Shown here: positions 18,385 to 27,580 of the stretch, piece after piece
How positions within the stretch are numbered: the first letter of the stretch is position 1
Layout: each line of letters begins with the position of its first letter
Source of the DNA: Candidatus Omnitrophota bacterium
GTDB taxonomy: Bacteria > Omnitrophota > Gorgyraeia > S143-82
Length of the DNA stretch: 64,000 nt
Assembly: GCA_015494465.1 (NCBI GenBank)
Contig: WGBD01000001.1
Coordinates: 244,477 to 308,476 of the forward strand
Direction: 5' to 3'
Notes under the pieces: generated by a model
Seen by the model: only the letters and a program-made list of their open reading frames with translations
Told to the model about the DNA's origin: nothing
The model's database searches: none
Made by a program: the position numbers and the translations under genes

Positions 18385-19688
18385 TTACTTCAACAGCACC
18401 TTGCCGTTCTCTAATCTATAGCCCACCCTATACCTTTTGTCCTTAGTGTAAACCACCCTCCCTTCTTCGTAGACCATTGCTTCATCTACATTCACCTGTC
18501 CCGCTAAAGCCACTAATACATACCCAGGATCGTTTTCGTAGGCTGGGTCGTTATTGCCTATCACCACTGGATGCTCTGAAACCACCCCTATGTACGGGCC
18601 ATTCCCGCGGTACCTTCTAATCATGCCCGTATCAACATCCAGCTCCACCAAATCCCCAGGCTCAAGTGCCTCTTCTGCAGGCAAGTACTCCGCGTAATCT
18701 CCTCCTGTACTGCATACCGTCCGGAACCGTGCATTGGCGGAGGAGAAGTTTACCGAACCTATCCCGTGACCGGTTAAGGTGGAACCCCAGAGGTCTATCG
18801 TCCCCGCACTCCGTACATCGATCCCTGAGCCACTCATAAACAGTGGCCCACCTGCAGCGGTGATAGCAATGCCTGGCTTAGGAGAAGAGGGAATCCTCGG
18901 ATCGTTACAATCCAGCGGTCTGTCGTTGGCAATCATTACACCCTTCTCCCCCCATAGATGTATTGATCCCCCTTTAGATAGAACCGCCACCGATGTGTTC
19001 TGTGGCACAGGCAGGTCATGTACAGGACCGGTTCCAGCAATCAGTGTCCCGACCTGCCTCCCACTGCCATCTAACATCCCTCCAAGCATGGTTATACACC
19101 CATACCTAGAGTTATAACTAAACCATCCTATCAGCCCCTCGGAATTACCATCAAATATTCCTATTCCCCAATCGTCGACGCCATCCGATCCTATCGCAGT
19201 CCAGTAATCGTTGCTCGCAACTTCGTTGTTAACCGCCACGACTTTAGCCGAGTTCAAAGCCAATCCAGAATCATTGGTAAAGAATGTATCTCCTATCTCT
19301 CCCCCACGAGCAGACTTCCTTCCACCCTCAACCCATTCTCTACCGGCGTTGCTGATCCTGCGAAATTCTCTCCAATTATCACCCCTCCTGCTACATCCAA
19401 TCTCGAATTTGTAGGGGCCACTCCTATCCCCAGGGATCCCAACACCGCCAAAGCGGTGGTAGGCGAAAGGCTGGTTTCCGGTACCACTCCCCCACAATTC
19501 CATCCTCCGGTACTGGAATGGAACTGGCAGGTACTACTAAAGGCATCAGATCCCACCGCCATCGCCTCAGCCCGCAGTTCCTTGTACTCACCGTAGGGCG
19601 AGGGATAATAGACGGAAACCGAACTCTTTGGGTGTGCAAGGCTCTCCCAAGCAACTAACAACACTGTTGCTAAATACGCCTTCCTCAT
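18385..19688 (-). pseudogene. Secreted fibre/tail-spike-like protein with a C-terminal autocleaving-chaperone-like domain, split by a -1 frameshift near 19293-19305 (pseudogene, phase-variable gene or sequencing error)
   Basis: ORF 19293-19694 has a signal peptide, YYPSPYG and LGIG..P..RLDV.GG.IG fibre motifs; ORF 18385-19503 ends in DYAEYL...LEPGDLV...IGVVS.HP...G...VALAGQV; one extra base at the G5 run gives a 434-aa protein. Confidence 0.65.
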
Positions 19689-19725
19689 CTCCAACCTGCT
19701 GAAAGTTCGTTGTAAAGTGTTAACC

Positions 19726-20478
19726 TTAAAAGCTACTCGCCAAAGACTTCACCAGCAGGTTCCAGCCGTCCGCCAGCACGAACAACAGCAGTTTAAACGG
19801 AAGAGATATCATTATCGGCGGGACCATCATCATACCCATTGCCATCAATACGCTGGCCACGACCAGATCTATTACCAAAAACGGGACATACAACAAGAAG
19901 CCTATGGTGAACGCAGTGCGCAGTTCGCTTATCACGAACGCGGGGATCAAGACAGACATCGGGACATCTATTCTCCTCGACGGCACAGGCGTGTGTGATA
20001 TCTGAAAGAACAGGGCCAGATCCTTGTTCCGGGTCTGTTTCAACATAAATTTCTTGAAGGGGAGCTGTATGCGTCTGCCTGCCTCGTAAATGGTTATCTC
20101 GCCGTTCATGTACGGTTTTACCGCCGTGGACATTGCCTCCCTCCAGACTGGGGCCATTATCATAGCGGTCATGAACAGGGCCAGACCCACGAATATCTGG
20201 GTGGGTGGCAACTGCTGGGTACCGAGGGCGTGGCGCAAAAAGGCAAAGACGACGATTATCCTGGTAAAGGAGGTCATCATCAACACGATCGACGGAGCCA
20301 AGGACAAGACGGTGAAGAGCAAGAACAACTGTACGGTAAAACTGACCTCTTCCTGGGTCTGGGCAGGTTGCACGAAGGTAAACTTCGGCACCCACCACGA
20401 GGGTGTAGCGGAGTACCCCAGGTTAGCACCTAACAACAGGCCAAAAGCCACCACCAAGGCCTTCGTATTAAGCCTCAT
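19726..20478 (-). CDS. fliP: Flagellar export gate protein FliP
   Basis: MTSFTRIIVV, LGTQQ.PP.Q, LIPAFVISEL.TAF.IGF, GMMMVPP..ISLPFK. Confidence 0.97.
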   Translation of the reverse strand: MRLNTKALVVAFGLLLGANLGYSATPSWWVPKFTFVQPAQTQEEVSFTVQLFLLFTVLSLAPSIVLMMTSFTRIIVVFAFLRHALGTQQLPPTQIFVGLALFMTAMIMAPVWREAMSTAVKPYMNGEITIYEAGRRIQLPFKKFMLKQTRNKDLALFFQISHTPVPSRRIDVPMSVLIPAFVISELRTAFTIGFLLYVPFLVIDLVVASVLMAMGMMMVPPIMISLPFKLLLFVLADGWNLLVKSLASSF

Positions 20479-20935
20479 CTATCCTCCGTCTGATCGCCCG
20501 TTTCAGCTCCTCCAGTTGGGCCTCTATGTCCTTTAATTGGTCCCCATAGCCACTCCGAGGCTCAAGTTCCTCCATAGATCGTTTGAGATCTGCGATAAAG
20601 CGAGTGCCTTCAGGCATGCGGGTCAACAGATTGACGGAGTTATCGGTTACGCCTATCAGATACCTCTCTCCACTCACCTCCACCACACACAATTGGGCTC
20701 GAGGAGAGAAGTAGTACCTCTCCAAGACCTTTATCCCGCCACCTGCCTCTCCCCTTCTGCGCAGAAACACCATCCGGAGGAGGAGTAAGGTCCCAATCAA
20801 CAAGGCCAACACCACTGCCACGGAGAGGAGGTAGTTGCCTAGGCCCACCTCGGCACCAGTTTTAGCCGGTTCTGCGAGTAGCCAATTGGGGGTTCCCGTT
20901 ATAATGTTCGCTACATCGTTCACCGAGGTCTGCAT
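20468..20935 (-). CDS. fliO: Flagellar biosynthesis protein FliO/FliZ
   Basis: Single TM, IKVLER......L.VVEV....YLIGVT; between fliN and fliP. Confidence 0.88.
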   Translation of the reverse strand: MQTSVNDVANIITGTPNWLLAEPAKTGAEVGLGNYLLSVAVVLALLIGTLLLLRMVFLRRRGEAGGGIKVLERYYFSPRAQLCVVEVSGERYLIGVTDNSVNLLTRMPEGTRFIADLKRSMEELEPRSGYGDQLKDIEAQLEELKRAIRRRIDEA

Positions 20936-20936
20936 C

Positions 20937-21272
20937 CTACTTCTCCCCCGTCTCTCCTACCGACTTAGTGTCTATTATCTCCGTGATCCTAACCCCGAAG
21001 TTTTCCTCAATAACGACGACCTCTCCCCTTGCCACGAGCTTGTTATTGACCAATATGTCCACGGGATCTCCTGCCAGCTTATCCAATTCTATCACCGATC
21101 CGGGACCGAGATTTAAGACCTCCTTAAGCGGCATCACCGTACGCCCCAATTCGATAACTACATCCAAAGAGACATCCATCAACAGGTCAATGTTCTTGAC
21201 GGGGGTTACTATGTCCCCCTGGAGTTCGTTGAGAGATGCGTTCCTTATGTCCGGATTCTTCTCTTCCGCCAT
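20937..21272 (-). CDS. fliN: Flagellar motor switch protein FliN
   Basis: [41 protein letters not shown]. Confidence 0.96.
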   Translation of the reverse strand: MAEEKNPDIRNASLNELQGDIVTPVKNIDLLMDVSLDVVIELGRTVMPLKEVLNLGPGSVIELDKLAGDPVDILVNNKLVARGEVVVIEENFGVRITEIIDTKSVGETGEK

Positions 21273-21293
21273 GACTCACCACACCTCCTAGAC

Positions 21294-22169
21294 CTAGTAT
21301 GTCACCACCGATACGAGCTTTACTGCCCGCTTCTTCTCCACTCGGCCTAAGACCCCCTTAAACAGCAACCTATCGTTGACCTGCACGTGAACCTTATCCG
21401 ACACCGGGGTCCTGACATCTATCACATCCCCAGGCTTGAGCCTCTTGACCTGGGAAAGCGCCAACTGGATAGGCGGAAAGGTCACGACCAGAGGGACATC
21501 CACATCCTTGACCCTCTCCTCCCCCAAGCGGGCCTCGCCTTTAGCCCTGGCCCGGAGCATGTGCTGGGCACTCAACTTGGGCAACAGCTCCTCCAAAGAT
21601 ATGAACGAAACGACCAAGGATATCTTCCCACTCACATCACCGATAACCGCGGAGTAATCGCAAAATAAAACCGGCTCGTTCGGGGAAAACGACTGCACGA
21701 ACTGGGGATTCGACTCTATCTCCACCAGATTGGGTTCTAGGTTGACCAGGGAATGCCATACCTCCTTTATGGCCCCACTTACCACCCTGAAAAGACGACG
21801 GATAAGGACGAGTTCGAGCTCGGTGAAGTCCCGGATCTTGGGAGCACCCCTTCCCTGTCCGCCAAGCAACCTGTCTATCAGAGAAAACATAAATTCCGGA
21901 GAGACATACACCACCATCTGACCTTCCAGGGGAGGAATGTCCCATATACCTATACAGGAGGGGACGCTCCAGCCTGCCATTACCTCTCCAAACGGGGTCT
22001 GGGATACGGATTCTAGGCGCACCTGCACCACGGTCCTCAACATCGCAGACCATTCCACTGTAGCCACTCTAGAGAAGTTCTCGTGGAGTATCTGAAGGTT
22101 TCTTAACTGGTCCTTTGATATCTTCTCTGGTTTGTTGAAGTCGTATGTCTTGACCTCTTTGGTAATCAC
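21294..22169 (-). CDS. fliM: FliM paralog lacking the N-terminal CheY-binding peptide
   Basis: YDFNKPEKISKDQLR.L..LHENF.R, IDRLLGGQG, RDFTELE, ESNPQF, SpoA C-terminus; GTGA-coupled to fliL. Confidence 0.9.
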   Translation of the reverse strand: MITKEVKTYDFNKPEKISKDQLRNLQILHENFSRVATVEWSAMLRTVVQVRLESVSQTPFGEVMAGWSVPSCIGIWDIPPLEGQMVVYVSPEFMFSLIDRLLGGQGRGAPKIRDFTELELVLIRRLFRVVSGAIKEVWHSLVNLEPNLVEIESNPQFVQSFSPNEPVLFCDYSAVIGDVSGKISLVVSFISLEELLPKLSAQHMLRARAKGEARLGEERVKDVDVPLVVTFPPIQLALSQVKRLKPGDVIDVRTPVSDKVHVQVNDRLLFKGVLGRVEKKRAVKLVSVVTY

Positions 22170-22648
22170 TGGATGACGAACTCCGAGAAGTAGACCCCCA
22201 CTACCTTGCCTTGACTCAGGATCTCGTTAACCTTGTCCATTATCTCCTGCTTCAGGCGGTCCTTTCCCGCCAGGGGCATTACATCGTCTAAGCTCTTGCT
22301 GGAAAAGATGGTGATTAGGATGTCCTTTATCTCCGGCAGTTTCTTGTTTATCTCCTCCAACACCTCTTCCTTATCGACCTCGAAGACGGGATTGACCTTC
22401 AGGTAGCGCTCCGCGTTTACCTCAGCGAGGTTCACTATGAAGGGATCCTCGAACTGGTAAAATATACCAGGCTCTTTCTTCTCCTGCTTGACCTCTTCTT
22501 TAGGTGCCTCTTCGGCTTTCTTGTTCATGGTCAAAAAGAAAAACCCTCCCCCAGCTAACGCCAACACCACGGCTGCCACGACGACCAAAAGTATAGGGTT
22601 CAGCCCTTTCTTGGCCTGATTAGCCTCTTTTACCTCCGGATCCGGCAT
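22166..22648 (-). CDS. fliL: Flagellar basal body-associated protein FliL
   Basis: TM with GGGFF, FIVNL....RYLKV, GK..LK.EI, VYFSEFVIQ. Confidence 0.95.
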   Translation of the reverse strand: MPDPEVKEANQAKKGLNPILLVVVAAVVLALAGGGFFFLTMNKKAEEAPKEEVKQEKKEPGIFYQFEDPFIVNLAEVNAERYLKVNPVFEVDKEEVLEEINKKLPEIKDILITIFSSKSLDDVMPLAGKDRLKQEIMDKVNEILSQGKVVGVYFSEFVIQ

Positions 22649-22650
22649 GA

Positions 22651-23325
22651 TCAACTCCTCCCGAGTACCTCTTTTGCCCTCAACACGATGTCTATCTTAA
22701 CCGCCTTATTCAGAGAATCGTCCCTGCGCCCCTCCGGATAAAGGTGCACGAAAGGTACGCCCTGCCTGTGAAGATATTGCATCACGGAAAAGGCCCGCCA
22801 ATAAGCGACTTCCCAGTCCTTATCCCCGCCAAAACCACCTGCATAACCCACAATTGTTATACCATAGGGAGTATCGAAATACAACGCCAACATCCTCTGC
22901 AAGAAGAGCTTTGCCTTCGCTGACAGATCGCCTTTATCGGATGTGAAGAACATGGACTCGTCAAAACATATGTGTATCCTCCCGAGGGCGTCGTAGCTCA
23001 CATTCACCGGCTGGCCAGGCTTTTGGGGCTCAGAGGTAAACTCTATCCCCTGAAGGTCTTCCAGCTTCAACCTCTTCAATATCCTCATTATCCTGGTCTG
23101 GGCAACATCCGGCTTGGTAATGATGGCCCCTCCACCCTCCAAGATCCCTGCACCTCCGGTCCCAAAGGCCCCAAAGGCGCTCTTTATGGAGGTGATCACC
23201 GTGTTCATCTTCTTGTTTGGCTCCTGGGTCCCCATGCTCACCAAAAGGATAAAGAAGGTCATCAATAGGGTCATCAAGAGCCCGTAAAGGAGCATGTATC
23301 CAGGGGCGGACGGTTCGTCTCCCAT
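22651..23325 (-). CDS. MotB-like protein, degenerate (no TM Asp, eroded OmpA-like domain)
   Basis: TM YMLLYGLLMTLLMTFFILLVSM aligns with MotB W..TYGDLMTLL..FF; C-terminal IVGYA....WEVAYWRAFSV..YL...GVP. Confidence 0.8.
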   Translation of the reverse strand: MGDEPSAPGYMLLYGLLMTLLMTFFILLVSMGTQEPNKKMNTVITSIKSAFGAFGTGGAGILEGGGAIITKPDVAQTRIMRILKRLKLEDLQGIEFTSEPQKPGQPVNVSYDALGRIHICFDESMFFTSDKGDLSAKAKLFLQRMLALYFDTPYGITIVGYAGGFGGDKDWEVAYWRAFSVMQYLHRQGVPFVHLYPEGRRDDSLNKAVKIDIVLRAKEVLGRS

Positions 23326-23337
23326 CCCTTCACCTCC

Positions 23338-24099
23338 TCATATACTGGAATAATCTGGGGTCCTGCCGATGATCACGATCTCTATCCTTCGGTTTCTGGC
23401 CCTGTGCTCCGGGGTGTCGTTAGGCACGACCGGCTTCAGGTCCCCCAGACCTGCCACCCCTATCCTCTCAACCGGCATGCCGTTGTCGATGAGGAAGTGA
23501 GCCACCGCCAAGGCTCGGTGAAGTGAGAGGTCAAAGTTGTCCTTATAGGGTCCTCCCCACTTCACGGGGATGTTATCCGTGTGTCCCTCTACCACTATGG
23601 GGTTGTCGACATAAAGCAGTAAGGGCAAGATCTTCTTCAGCACCCGCTTGGCCTCTTCGCTGAGCTGGGTAGAACCCTTCTCAAAGAGGATCTCGTTGTG
23701 TATCCTGATGGAGTATCCTCTCTGTACTTTAGTGATCTCGATGTACTTGTAGATCCCCTGACTCTTTACATAGCCCTTCAGGTTCATCAACTTCTTCACT
23801 ACCGCAGACTGCTCCCGGAAGGTCAAGGCCCTACGGTTCCTCACCAATACGGTGACGATCCGCTCGAGCTTCTCAAGCCCAGTGCCCCTACCTGAGAACC
23901 CCGCTCCTCCGAAGCGCAAGGAAACAGAACCGATAAATCCACCTACCTTTAACTCGTCAAATGAGGTGAAAGAGACGAGCATCACGAAAAAGGTGAGCAA
24001 AAGGGACATCGCGTCGCCAAAGGTGAGCATCCAAAAAGGACAGGTCGGCCCCTCGTCTTCCTCTACCTCTTCTTCTTTCTTCTTGCGCTTATCAGCCAT
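23338..24099 (-). CDS. motB: Flagellar stator B subunit MotB
   Basis: WMLTFGDAMSLLLTFFVML; OmpA domain VEGHTDN, LSLHRA.AV, NRRIEI. Confidence 0.95.
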   Translation of the reverse strand: MADKRKKKEEEVEEDEGPTCPFWMLTFGDAMSLLLTFFVMLVSFTSFDELKVGGFIGSVSLRFGGAGFSGRGTGLEKLERIVTVLVRNRRALTFREQSAVVKKLMNLKGYVKSQGIYKYIEITKVQRGYSIRIHNEILFEKGSTQLSEEAKRVLKKILPLLLYVDNPIVVEGHTDNIPVKWGGPYKDNFDLSLHRALAVAHFLIDNGMPVERIGVAGLGDLKPVVPNDTPEHRARNRRIEIVIIGRTPDYSSI

Positions 24100-24129
24100 C
24101 TCCCCCCACCAGATGGCAGTGCCCACGAC

Positions 24130-25176
24130 TTAACCGACCAACAACTCCGCTATCTGCACCGCATTTAGCGCAGCTCCCTTGCGCAGGTTGTCAGCGACTA
24201 TCCACATATTCAATCCCGCCTCCACCGAAAGATCCCTACGAAGCCTGCCCACGAAGACATCGTCTTCTCCTGCCACATCCAAGGCCAGAGGATACACAGA
24301 ACTGGCAGGATCATCGAGGACCCGGATGCCCGGGGCCTTGCTCAACAATTCTTTTACTTCATCCAATGAGGGAAAAGACCTCTCCAACTCCACATTAACC
24401 GCCTCGCTGTGGGCCCTTAAAGAGGGCACCCGCACGCAAGTGGGCGAGACCTTTACATTAGGACTGTGCAATATCTTCCTAGTCTCGTTTATCATCTTCC
24501 ATTCCTCTTTGGTGTAGGCCTCGTCCCCAAACACATCTATGTGGGGCAAGGCGTTAAAGGCTATCGGATGGGCGAGCACCCGCTTCAGTCCTTCTTTGTT
24601 GCGCAACAGGGCCTTGATCTCCTCTGCAGAACAACGGGGGCACTCCTTCATAACCAGCTCCAGTTCCTCCCAAAGCTGATCCACTGCCTCTTTCCCCCAT
24701 CCAGAGACCGACTGATAAGTAGCCACCACCACTCGTTTCAATCCGTAGGCGTCCATCAACGGCTTTAAGACGACCACCATCTGGATCGTGGAACAGTTGG
24801 GATTGGCAATGATACCTTTGTGGGCCTTGGCGTCCTCAGGATTGACCTCCGGGACCACCAAAGGCACCTCCGGATCCATGCGAAAGGCACTGCTGTTGTC
24901 TATCACCACTACCCCCCGTCGGGCTGCCTTGGGGGCGAATTCTCTGCTTATGCTGGCGCCTGCACTGAACAGGGCAAAGTCCAGCCCTTCAAACTTCTCT
25001 TCACTAAGCTCCTCGACCTCCAGCATGGCCCCTCTAAACGGGACCTTCTTCCCCTTGGATCGGCTGGAGGCCAAGGGTCTCAACTCCTCCACCGGGAAGT
25101 CCCTCTGCTCTAAAACCCGCAGCATCTCCCGGCCTACCAGACCGGTTGCCCCAACGACCGCTACCTTGTATCCCAT
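24130..25176 (-). CDS. asd: Aspartate-semialdehyde dehydrogenase
   Basis: VVGATGLVG, IDNSSAFRM, IIANPNCSTIQ, DNLRKGAALNAVQIAE. Confidence 0.97.
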   Translation of the reverse strand: MGYKVAVVGATGLVGREMLRVLEQRDFPVEELRPLASSRSKGKKVPFRGAMLEVEELSEEKFEGLDFALFSAGASISREFAPKAARRGVVVIDNSSAFRMDPEVPLVVPEVNPEDAKAHKGIIANPNCSTIQMVVVLKPLMDAYGLKRVVVATYQSVSGWGKEAVDQLWEELELVMKECPRCSAEEIKALLRNKEGLKRVLAHPIAFNALPHIDVFGDEAYTKEEWKMINETRKILHSPNVKVSPTCVRVPSLRAHSEAVNVELERSFPSLDEVKELLSKAPGIRVLDDPASSVYPLALDVAGEDDVFVGRLRRDLSVEAGLNMWIVADNLRKGAALNAVQIAELLVG

Positions 25177-25189
25177 CTATACCCCTCCT

Positions 25190-25879
25190 CTATATCAGTT
25201 CCGCCACATCGTACTCCTCAACCGCCTTGGAAAACCAGGAAATCTCGTCCAGCTTCCCGTTAAACCTGTTTCGTTCACCATCCGAGGCCAGGTAAACTGC
25301 CTCCCTTACCAGATCCTCGTCTCGAGCCAGTTCCAATACCGTATGCCAGAATGTATCCCTTGCCTCAGGTTTACCATTTAGGTAAAGCGTGAGCATCCCA
25401 TTGTTAACGACCACTGCCAAGTGGATCCACTCCCTCTCTGGGAGATCCAAGGGCAAACGGAGCACCTCCCTATCCCCATCTCTAAACCTGAGGACGACCT
25501 CTATCCGATTAGGATAGACCGGATCCCCCCTAACCTCGAGAGGTGCAGAGTGAAGTAAAACCGTATCTTTTTCTATACCCCGATGATAGAACCAAAATCC
25601 AACGCTGAAGCCCTGGGGAGAAAAGATCCAGGGATCCAGGACCTTCATCTCGTAAAACCCGTCCTCGTCTATAAAATCAGGGGCATAACCCCGCACCCCG
25701 TCACTGATGTCGGCCTCCCCACGAAGGAGGGCACAGCCCTCCTCCTCTAACAGGTTCTTTGCAGTCTGTAAGTTGCCGTCGTCGAAGTCCACAAATATGC
25801 GGAGAGAAGGATTAGAAGGAGAAAGCCCTAGAAGGCTCAATACGGTCAAGATCAACCCAAAACGGATCCATCTCCTCAT
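25190..25879 (-). CDS. Secreted LamG-like jellyroll (concanavalin A-like) protein
   Basis: Signal peptide, FSVGFW, W.HLAVV......LYLNG, FNGKLDEI. Confidence 0.8.
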   Translation of the reverse strand: MRRWIRFGLILTVLSLLGLSPSNPSLRIFVDFDDGNLQTAKNLLEEEGCALLRGEADISDGVRGYAPDFIDEDGFYEMKVLDPWIFSPQGFSVGFWFYHRGIEKDTVLLHSAPLEVRGDPVYPNRIEVVLRFRDGDREVLRLPLDLPEREWIHLAVVVNNGMLTLYLNGKPEARDTFWHTVLELARDEDLVREAVYLASDGERNRFNGKLDEISWFSKAVEEYDVAELI

Positions 25880-25957
25880 TTCCGGCCCCTTTCTTAAGCG
25901 GTATCCCCTGACCAAATAATCATACCACACAACTGCCTTGACAATCCACGCAAACGA

Positions 25958-27580
25958 TCACCCTTCCAACTCTACCGGGATCAGACCTCGTAGGGCGTTC
26001 CCTACGAAAACCCTCTTCCCCACTAAATCCGAAATGTGGATTCTCTCCTCTCGGGCCCTTCCCTCCGCTAAAAGGACCTGGCGTAATACGCCCTCCAGTA
26101 TCCTCCCATCGCTGGGTGGAGTTAGCATCTCTCCAGCCGATTCCACGAAGACATTGGTGATACATCCCTGCAAGAGGAAACCGTCTTCGTCGACGAGGAT
26201 CACCTCGTCGTATCCCCCTTTCCGGGCCTCCTTCAGAACGGAATCGAAGAAATGACGAAATCTCGTGGTCTTGAATCGGAGGTGGGGCCCAGCATATCTT
26301 AGATCGAACCTCTTCACGAGCGCCCTCCACCGAACAGGCCTATCCCCGTTGATCTGTTCCAAGCCCCAACGAAAGTGACCGCAAACCGACATGGTCAAGC
26401 GCAAGCGCCACAGGCCGGGAAGGCCCTCGATCGTCCTCTCCACCGCCCTCTTTAGTTTCAAATAGGGACAGCGGAACCCAAAAAAGGCCGAGGCATCGAG
26501 CAAGCGCTTAGCGTGAAACCTCCAATACGGGATCCTCCCTCCCTCGACCCTCATCGTTTCTATCAGTTCGAAGTCCATTGCAGAATTGAGGAAAAACCCT
26601 GCCTTGAGCAGGTCCTCTGCGTACTCCCGGTGTGCCCGTGAATCCCATACGATCCCACTCCCGATCCCCAATCTCCCCCGAGAAAGTCCGTCGTACAACT
26701 CCACCGTGCGGATGAGGACCGCCAACTCCCCTTGATCGCCCCGTATCCAGCCTGCCACTCCGGTGTAAGGCCCCCTCTCCCAATTCTCTAGCTGAGAAAT
26801 TATCTTAACGGTGCTGGACTTCGGGGCCCCAGTCACTGAGGCGGGGGGCAAGGTAGCGGAAAAGATCTCCTGCCAACGCATCCCGTTCCGCAAGCGCCCC
26901 CACACCCTTGAGACCAATTGAGAGATCGTCGGTAGGCGTTTGGTCCGGAACAACTCCGCACCTATCGACCCGTGCTCGCATATCTGCCCCAACTCGTTGC
27001 GGATCATGTCCACGATCATGACATTCTCTGCCTTCGTCTTCTCGTCCAAGATCCCCGGATCGCCTGGGGCCCAGGTCCCTTTCATAGGCTCCATCTCAAC
27101 ATAGCTTCTATCCCTCAGAAGGAACCTCTCGGGGGAAAGGGACAGCAAGGCCCAATCGTCCTCTATTACTGCCCAGGCAAGGGGTGTGGGTTGGGTTGAG
27201 AGGAGACGGAGGAACAGCCCGGTTGCAGACCCTCGGAACCTGAATCTCAAAGGGAAGGTGAGGTTGACCTGGTAGGTATACCCCTCTTTTATGAATTCCT
27301 TCACTTCGAAGATGCGCGCTCGAAAGTCCTCAAAGCCCAAGCCAAGCGATAGATCCCAGACATCGAAGGGCCCTTCTTTCACTTCCACAGGTTCCAACAG
27401 CTTCCACGCACCTGCGTAAGGCAGACCCGTTTCCGAACCCCCGTAAGAGATAAACACCAAAAAGTCCTCGTCGCGATGGCGAGAGAGAATCGAGAACAGA
27501 TCGGAGAGCCTATCCTGAGAAGAAACGAACTGGCCCTCTCCCAAGCGCCACCACTTCCCTTGCCAGAAACCAAGGCTCAT
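25958..27580 (-). CDS. pabB: Fused aminodeoxychorismate synthase component I / class IV aminotransferase (ADC lyase), PabB-PabC
   Basis: G.TYQVNL, SPERF, PMKGT, AENVMIVDM.RN.L, SVTGAPK, G.GSGIVWDS; then LIETMR, FKTT, GCITNVF, LEGVLR, NALRG. Confidence 0.9.
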   Translation of the reverse strand: MSLGFWQGKWWRLGEGQFVSSQDRLSDLFSILSRHRDEDFLVFISYGGSETGLPYAGAWKLLEPVEVKEGPFDVWDLSLGLGFEDFRARIFEVKEFIKEGYTYQVNLTFPLRFRFRGSATGLFLRLLSTQPTPLAWAVIEDDWALLSLSPERFLLRDRSYVEMEPMKGTWAPGDPGILDEKTKAENVMIVDMIRNELGQICEHGSIGAELFRTKRLPTISQLVSRVWGRLRNGMRWQEIFSATLPPASVTGAPKSSTVKIISQLENWERGPYTGVAGWIRGDQGELAVLIRTVELYDGLSRGRLGIGSGIVWDSRAHREYAEDLLKAGFFLNSAMDFELIETMRVEGGRIPYWRFHAKRLLDASAFFGFRCPYLKLKRAVERTIEGLPGLWRLRLTMSVCGHFRWGLEQINGDRPVRWRALVKRFDLRYAGPHLRFKTTRFRHFFDSVLKEARKGGYDEVILVDEDGFLLQGCITNVFVESAGEMLTPPSDGRILEGVLRQVLLAEGRAREERIHISDLVGKRVFVGNALRGLIPVELEG

